DNA of 64,000 nucleotides from Alphaproteobacteria bacterium (GTDB lineage Bacteria; Pseudomonadota; Alphaproteobacteria; JAPOUT01; G958296285): NCBI GenBank assembly GCA_965212075.1, contig OZ243043.1, positions 27,167 to 91,166 of the forward strand, read 5' to 3'. Shown piece by piece: positions 58,862 to 64,000 of this stretch (position 1 is its first letter; each line of letters starts with the position of its first letter). The notes under the pieces were generated by a model. It saw only the letters and a program-made list of their open reading frames with translations, ran no database searches and was not told where the DNA came from. The position numbers and the translations under genes were made by a program.

Positions 58862-59709
58862 GACTTTTTCCCTAATTGGCTTGCGCCATAAAATTTCTGA
58901 ACAAACCGCACCGCATATTCAATCTCACCGAGATGAGGCGCATCTTCGCTCGCCCGCATTTCAATCGAGACGAGATGGTTGATAGGATCGGACACAATCG
59001 CGCGAATCACTTCTGCTAAAAGTGCGTGATTGTGCGCACTGCCCTCGCTGCGACCAAGCGTGATGAGCTGCGGCTCACTTATATGGATATGCCCAAACAA
59101 TTCGGCATAAGCGGGGATGATATCTTTTGGATCTTCTTTATTGATGATGACCGCGCCGCAATCTAAAGTCATACGGATGGCGGGGTGAGCGATCTGTTTG
59201 ACCATGTTTGCGGTTTGAGGCAGATTGGTCATAAAATTTGCACCATAAATTTCCGGATTAGGCTCAAGGCAGATAAAAACTTTTTGTGCGGCAGCAATAT
59301 CTCCGAGGCGGCGGAAAAAATCCACAGCCAGCGCACTTGTCTGGTCATCATCAAGCCCTGAACGGTCTCTGTTTTTGGGGGAGCCGAATACAAGCCGTGG
59401 CGCACCGAGTGTCGCAGCAATTTCACAGACGCTGCCCAGATGATCCAGCATCGCGGCGCGATCTTCGGGCGTAGCAAATATGTTCCATGATGAGGCAAAA
59501 AGAAGCGCCTGCATGCCAATAATTTCGATCCCCCGATCAGCCCAGAAATCGCGCATCGCCGAAACCTCCGCAACTCTTGCTGATTTTGGATCAGGAAAAT
59601 ATTTCCCTGGTGCAATATCAATGGCATCAATGCCCAATGCCTGCAGCAAATCAGCCACCATCTCATCTTCCGAAACATCCCATGCGATATTTGAGATCGA
59701 AATTCTCAT
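58858..59709 (-). CDS. Sugar phosphate isomerase/epimerase (TIM barrel)
   Basis: ISNIAW, LVFGSPKNR, CLEPNP, HIHISEP, SIEM. Confidence 0.8.
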   Translation of the reverse strand: MRISISNIAWDVSEDEMVADLLQALGIDAIDIAPGKYFPDPKSARVAEVSAMRDFWADRGIEIIGMQALLFASSWNIFATPEDRAAMLDHLGSVCEIAATLGAPRLVFGSPKNRDRSGLDDDQTSALAVDFFRRLGDIAAAQKVFICLEPNPEIYGANFMTNLPQTANMVKQIAHPAIRMTLDCGAVIINKEDPKDIIPAYAELFGHIHISEPQLITLGRSEGSAHNHALLAEVIRAIVSDPINHLVSIEMRASEDAPHLGEIEYAVRFVQKFYGASQLGKKS

Positions 59710-60488
59710 TTTAAAGTTCTTGCTTCGGTGCGCGCGTAGTCGCGTATCGCATCAAGACTGTCCGCGCGCTTATATTGATAGCGCCCTTCACTGCCAAAAG
59801 CTTTGGCATGAATGGTTTGAAAGTCGTAATGTGGCGGACTATTTGATAAAACATTTGCAAAATCCATATCAAAAGCCTCTTTGGCGACCTCACCAATGCT
59901 CACCGGCTCAGCCGTTAGATGAACCAGCGTAAGACCAGCTTTGCGCGCTTTTTCAATATCGCGCCAGAGATGAACCATCGGATAAAATTGAAAAACCGCC
60001 CGATGATCTATCATGTCAAGACAATTATCGTTCAACAGATCAAAAATTGCATTTTTACGCAATCCCGCTCCCACCAATCCCGGAAGCCGAATGATCAAAT
60101 GATTTACAAAATGTTTCTGAACAAAAACTTCCAATAGATGGCGATGGAGGCCATAGGCATGGAGATGATTTTGATCAATCACGCTATTTTCGTCAACACC
60201 AACCGGATGGCCAAAAACATCCAACGTGCTGATGAGAACAAAAAACCGGCACTGGATCGATTTGATATGCTTCATAAGCATTTCGAGGTTTTCCCAATCG
60301 GCTTGTGGTTCTTTGTTGGCGAGCCACTTCACCCCAGGTGCGCCAGCGCAAACCACAAGATCAAACGCTTTGCCCTGAATGTCAGCGATATTTGCTGACC
60401 AAAAAAGCTCGTCAAACTGAACTTGCTGAACTTGTTTGAGCAAAGTGGTGCCCACAAAGCCACTGCATCCGATCAGAGCACTTTTCAT
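59706..60488 (-). CDS. NAD(P)-dependent epimerase/oxidoreductase
   Basis: LIGCSGFVGTTL, KWLANKEP, YGLHR, IRLPGLVG. Confidence 0.8.
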   Translation of the reverse strand: MKSALIGCSGFVGTTLLKQVQQVQFDELFWSANIADIQGKAFDLVVCAGAPGVKWLANKEPQADWENLEMLMKHIKSIQCRFFVLISTLDVFGHPVGVDENSVIDQNHLHAYGLHRHLLEVFVQKHFVNHLIIRLPGLVGAGLRKNAIFDLLNDNCLDMIDHRAVFQFYPMVHLWRDIEKARKAGLTLVHLTAEPVSIGEVAKEAFDMDFANVLSNSPPHYDFQTIHAKAFGSEGRYQYKRADSLDAIRDYARTEARTLK

Positions 60489-61651
60489 AAACTTTTCCGC
60501 TTTTTGACTGCGCCGTGTGTTGACGTGCCTGACGATAAAGGCTGCGCGTCTAACTTCTCCCAAATATCATAGATATTGTCAATTTTACCACCCAAAATTG
60601 AATAATAATTTTTAAGTAGATGATTTTTTTCAAAAAGGATCGGACGGCCATCATCGCCCTCATTTCTGGTCAGCACGGTCTTGACCTCAAAAAGAGAAGA
60701 AATATACTCGGCCTCACCGATGATCGGCAGATAACGCCGCGCGTCCCTGATCATGCGATCGGCGCGCGTGTGGTCATGTTCAGCGAGTTTTTCGTAAGGG
60801 TTGATCGCCGGATCATCCGGCCAGTGGAGATGAGGCGTATAGCGCACATGTGTCAACGCATGGAGCTTGCGTGGAGGAAAAGGCATCAACGAAAAAAATG
60901 GCCCATCCATCACGGTCACGCAGAATTTGTCCAATGGCGGCGGCACTTTGACAAGTGCGATTTCGGCGATCTCCTGCTTCAATCCTCTCGGCTGAGAAGG
61001 TGTGATGCCTTTGATCTGATCAAGTCCGCTATAGGTGCAATTGAATATATAATCCGCCGAAAAATCTTGATGACCGTCTTGTTGCATGGCGGCGCATTCG
61101 GCAACCAAGCTCTGATTACGCCCTTGATGAATTTGCTGAACATGCCAGCCAGTTTTGACCTCAATGCCTGCGCAAGTGAGAGCTTCTTTTGCGAGCGTTT
61201 CCAATTTTGTCGCATCAAAAACATATTCTTCAACGGCAAATACATCTGTGATCAAGCGAGAATCAAACAAAGCACGGATCTTCGGCGGCGGCGATTTCAA
61301 TGAAATGTTGGCGGCAGCGCAGAAGCGTATAAATTGCTCTCTCGTGATTTTGGAATTTTTTTTGGCCACCGCATAAAGGCTGATGAAGCCATCTTGGACT
61401 GCCCCGCGGTAATCTTTAATAAAATGCGGGAAGTTAATTTGACTGCGAAAAGCGGTTGCCAAAGAGCGCGGATAATGCGCGCCCGCATGAATGCGCGCCT
61501 GATTGTGATAAGAAGCGCGCGCGAATAATTTTTGCTCGCGTTCAATCAAAGCAATTTTGACCAAACCGCGACGATTGGCCAAATAGGCTGCGATGGCGGT
61601 TCCGTAAAATCCACCACCGATAATGATGGCATCGTAATGCATGCTGTTCAC
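60485..61651 (-). CDS. FAD-dependent oxidoreductase
   Basis: IIGGGFYG, ASYHNQARIHAGAHYPRS, TVMDGPFFS, GGKID. Confidence 0.82.
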   Translation of the reverse strand: MNSMHYDAIIIGGGFYGTAIAAYLANRRGLVKIALIEREQKLFARASYHNQARIHAGAHYPRSLATAFRSQINFPHFIKDYRGAVQDGFISLYAVAKKNSKITREQFIRFCAAANISLKSPPPKIRALFDSRLITDVFAVEEYVFDATKLETLAKEALTCAGIEVKTGWHVQQIHQGRNQSLVAECAAMQQDGHQDFSADYIFNCTYSGLDQIKGITPSQPRGLKQEIAEIALVKVPPPLDKFCVTVMDGPFFSLMPFPPRKLHALTHVRYTPHLHWPDDPAINPYEKLAEHDHTRADRMIRDARRYLPIIGEAEYISSLFEVKTVLTRNEGDDGRPILFEKNHLLKNYYSILGGKIDNIYDIWEKLDAQPLSSGTSTHGAVKKRKSL

Positions 61652-61660
61652 GCCTTGAAG

Positions 61661-62650
61661 TTATTCACTGGTAGAAATATCTTCAACGTTCAATTTTTTG
61701 TGATGGGTGATGACAGCGCTTGAAAACTCCCGGCCAATATGATGGGTGCCCTCTTTGCTTGAAAGGCTGCCGATATATAAAATATACTCACTCAGGACAA
61801 GAAGCGTTATTGAAATCAGAAAGAACATGCCCGATTGCTGCAACGACAATGTCACCCAGCCTGGTGCCACCTCTTTCTGAAATACCCAAACGGCGACAAT
61901 ATAGACCGAATAAAGCAAATTCATACTTGCACCAAACAAGCAGAAAATGGCGACAAGCCGCATCGGTCCATGCGTCGCCGAGACGAGCAGGCTAATGCCC
62001 CGGTCCATACTATCACGCAGAGTTTTTTTATGTCGGCCCTCAAGAGGCGTTTTATAGGTCAGATGTTCAGCCACAAATCCCGACACCGATTGCAAATGTC
62101 GATAAGCCACTTCCGGTCTTGCGTGCTGTAAAATGAAATTGACAATGTTGCGGCTAAGGATTCTGAACTCGGGCTGGGTTTTGGCGAGATGCCCATGGCC
62201 TAGCAATCTACACAGGATGTTAAAGGCGCTGGCGGCCAAACGATAGGCCAAGCTTTTTTTAGGCTGGTGCTCATTGCGCGCAAAGACGATATCGGCACCG
62301 TCGGCGGTTTTTTGCATCATCTCAGGCAAGAAGCGGATGTCGTCAATGAGCGGATCAATCACAGCGACATAATCGCCCAGCGCATTTTCTAGTCCCGCCC
62401 ACGAGGCCGCTGTCGAATTAATCTGGCGGCTCAAAATATAGACCTGTAAATTTGGCAGGCCGCTTTCTGCGGTGAGTTTTTGGAAAATGGCGGTGCTTTG
62501 ATCGGTTGATGCATTATCAACGATGATCAATTCATAATCGCTGGCGAGCGGCGCGATGATGGCGGTTGCCTCGCGCAAGAGGGCTTCCAGCCGCTTCGCT
62601 TGATTGCGCACCACCAACACCACAGATAGAAATAAAGGAAATTGTGCCAT
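61661..62650 (-). CDS. GtrB/ArnC-like polyprenol-phosphate glycosyltransferase (GT2)
   Basis: ELIIVDNASTD, two C-terminal TM helices with APGWVTL. Confidence 0.8.
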   Translation of the reverse strand: MAQFPLFLSVVLVVRNQAKRLEALLREATAIIAPLASDYELIIVDNASTDQSTAIFQKLTAESGLPNLQVYILSRQINSTAASWAGLENALGDYVAVIDPLIDDIRFLPEMMQKTADGADIVFARNEHQPKKSLAYRLAASAFNILCRLLGHGHLAKTQPEFRILSRNIVNFILQHARPEVAYRHLQSVSGFVAEHLTYKTPLEGRHKKTLRDSMDRGISLLVSATHGPMRLVAIFCLFGASMNLLYSVYIVAVWVFQKEVAPGWVTLSLQQSGMFFLISITLLVLSEYILYIGSLSSKEGTHHIGREFSSAVITHHKKLNVEDISTSE

Positions 62651-62800
62651 AGTTTGCCTTTAGGTGATTCGCTTGCCAATAAGTCTATACGAAATAAGCA
62701 TCATTTGTTTGAGGGTCGATTTTTCCCGATTATTATATCTCCTTGAAGGACTTCACTGACATAGCGGTTTGGGTGCTTGGCGCTGATATGGCGTACTGCG

Positions 62801-62877
62801 GTGGATGCGGCCTATCCGTGCCAGACTTTGCGCCAGCTCGCGGCGATCATTGATGAGACGGTTAAGATGAGGATTTA
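62801..62877 (+). repeat. 77-bp direct repeat, right copy
   Basis: GTGGATGCGGCCTATCCGTG...GATGAGGATTTA; one substitution relative to 56306-56382. Confidence 0.95.
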
Positions 62878-63204
62878 AGCTGCGGGCGCGTCTTCAAGCG
62901 CTCTCTGGCGCATATATAAAAAGAGCGGCAGGCCGAAGCTGACGCCGAAGAAAAATGCGCCGACAATGGGCAGCCAGAGCTGGCTGATCCGCAATCTCGC
63001 TCCTTCGGTGAGAATAAGAACGCACATCACGATAAAAGACAGGATCACATCAATCGCGACGGCTCCGGCGATGCCGTTAGCGAACATATCAGAGAGAATA
63101 AGCTCTAAAGCGAGGCCATGTTTGGCAAGCCATGGCAGATATTGCGTCATGGGCAGGAATAAGCCGATGACCGCCAAAATGAGATAGATGAAACGTAAAG
63201 GCAT
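62875..63204 (-). CDS. DUF2834-like membrane protein
   Basis: YLILAVIG..LP, MFAN..G...DV, GVSFGLPLFLYMRQR. Confidence 0.75.
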   Translation of the reverse strand: MPLRFIYLILAVIGLFLPMTQYLPWLAKHGLALELILSDMFANGIAGAVAIDVILSFIVMCVLILTEGARLRISQLWLPIVGAFFFGVSFGLPLFLYMRQRALEDAPAA

Positions 63205-63236
63205 GATATTCCTCCTTAAAGTTTATTAGAGGCTTT

Positions 63237-63467
63237 TTAGCTGCCGCTAATATGATCTATTTTACCAAAAACATTTGGAAGTTTGTCAAGAATTTCATTT
63301 TTGAGCGGCGTCTGGCTGATCGCGCGGATATTTTCGTGCAGATGGCGGGGGTTGCTGGCATGGTTGATGTCGTGGCCGGTAGCCAGTCCGAGGCGGCTCG
63401 GCGCTGCGCATCCGAGCGCTGCGCGCGAGACCCCCATCCCCGTGCGCCCTAAAATGATCCTGTCCAT
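63237..63467 (-). pseudogene. Aldo-keto reductase remnant with a large internal deletion
   Basis: AKR N-terminus LGRTGMGVSRAALG joined to a C-terminal-type SNPRHLHENI within only 76 aa. Confidence 0.65.
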
Positions 63468-63591
63468 ATTATTTATAATCCCTCTAAAAAAACCATCCGT
63501 AAAAGATTCTCACGTAAGGATTTTTTTTATCCTTATATTGAAGTTAAGATAACCCTTTCAGTTCGAGTCGTTTTAATCAGGGGATAGGATC

Positions 63592-64000
63592 ATGCAGGCA
63601 TTGCTTTTTGAGCCATATGATCAATCTGACGAAGATTTTTCAAAACCATCTTTGCCTTCTCGCTCAATAGCGACTTCTTTTGCTATGGATGTAATCCAGC
63701 AGGGAGATGTCTTGAAAGAGTTAAAAAAAATAAAAAAGAATAGTTTATTTGACGTGGTGATTGCTGATCCGCCTTATAATATCGGGAAGGATTTTGGCAA
63801 CAATCAAGATTCACGGGATCTTCAAGAATATTGCCACTGGTCAAAGGAATGGATAAAAGAATGTTTTCGCTTGGTCAAACCTTCGGGGCTTATTTATGTT
63901 TATGGTTTTGCGGAGATATTAGCGCATATTGCGGTATCTTTTCCTATAGACCAGCAGAGATGGCTTGCGTGGCATTATACAAATAAGGCAGTGCCATCAT
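63592..64000 (+). CDS. N6/N4 DNA methyltransferase (runs off the window end)
   Basis: Manual translation: QGDVLKEL...VIADPPYNIGKDFG...WIKECFRLVKPSG. Confidence 0.88.
   Translation, partial: MQALLFEPYDQSDEDFSKPSLPSRSIATSFAMDVIQQGDVLKELKKIKKNSLFDVVIADPPYNIGKDFGNNQDSRDLQEYCHWSKEWIKECFRLVKPSGLIYVYGFAEILAHIAVSFPIDQQRWLAWHYTNKAVPS

Larger units (their letters stand above)
56383..62800. mobile_element. Direct-repeat-flanked glycosylation islet without mobility genes
   Basis: Six co-oriented genes between 77-bp direct repeats; visibly more AT-rich than the flanking VWA gene. Confidence 0.65.

Overview
The window looks like an alphaproteobacterial chromosome, inferred from the housekeeping gene set and order. 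It has three parts. (1) Core genes at 1-20.4 kb: lipid enzymes, a tRNA-Leu(CAA) split by a 247-nt group I intron, a DedA-DsbB fusion, coq7, etfBA, the rplU-rpmA-obgE-proB-proA-nadD-rsfS string with egtB-egtD inside it, and glcDEF. (2) A ~28-kb non-flagellar, translocon-bearing type III secretion system at 20.46-48.5 kb. It carries a long SopB/IpgD-like phosphatase, two tandem EspA/Bsp22-like paralogues, a candidate novel effector and a STAS protein. Its sctQ is split into two genes by an inverted sctV, and no sctI is recognisable. (3) A TonB receptor, kdsD, galU, an MltB-like transglycosylase and a MoxR/VWA pair. These are followed by a ~6.4-kb lipid-linked glycosylation cassette bracketed by a 77-bp direct repeat of the VWA gene 3' end, then an internally deleted aldo-keto reductase and a DNA methyltransferase cut by the window edge. 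All calls come from motif recognition by eye; no database searches were run.
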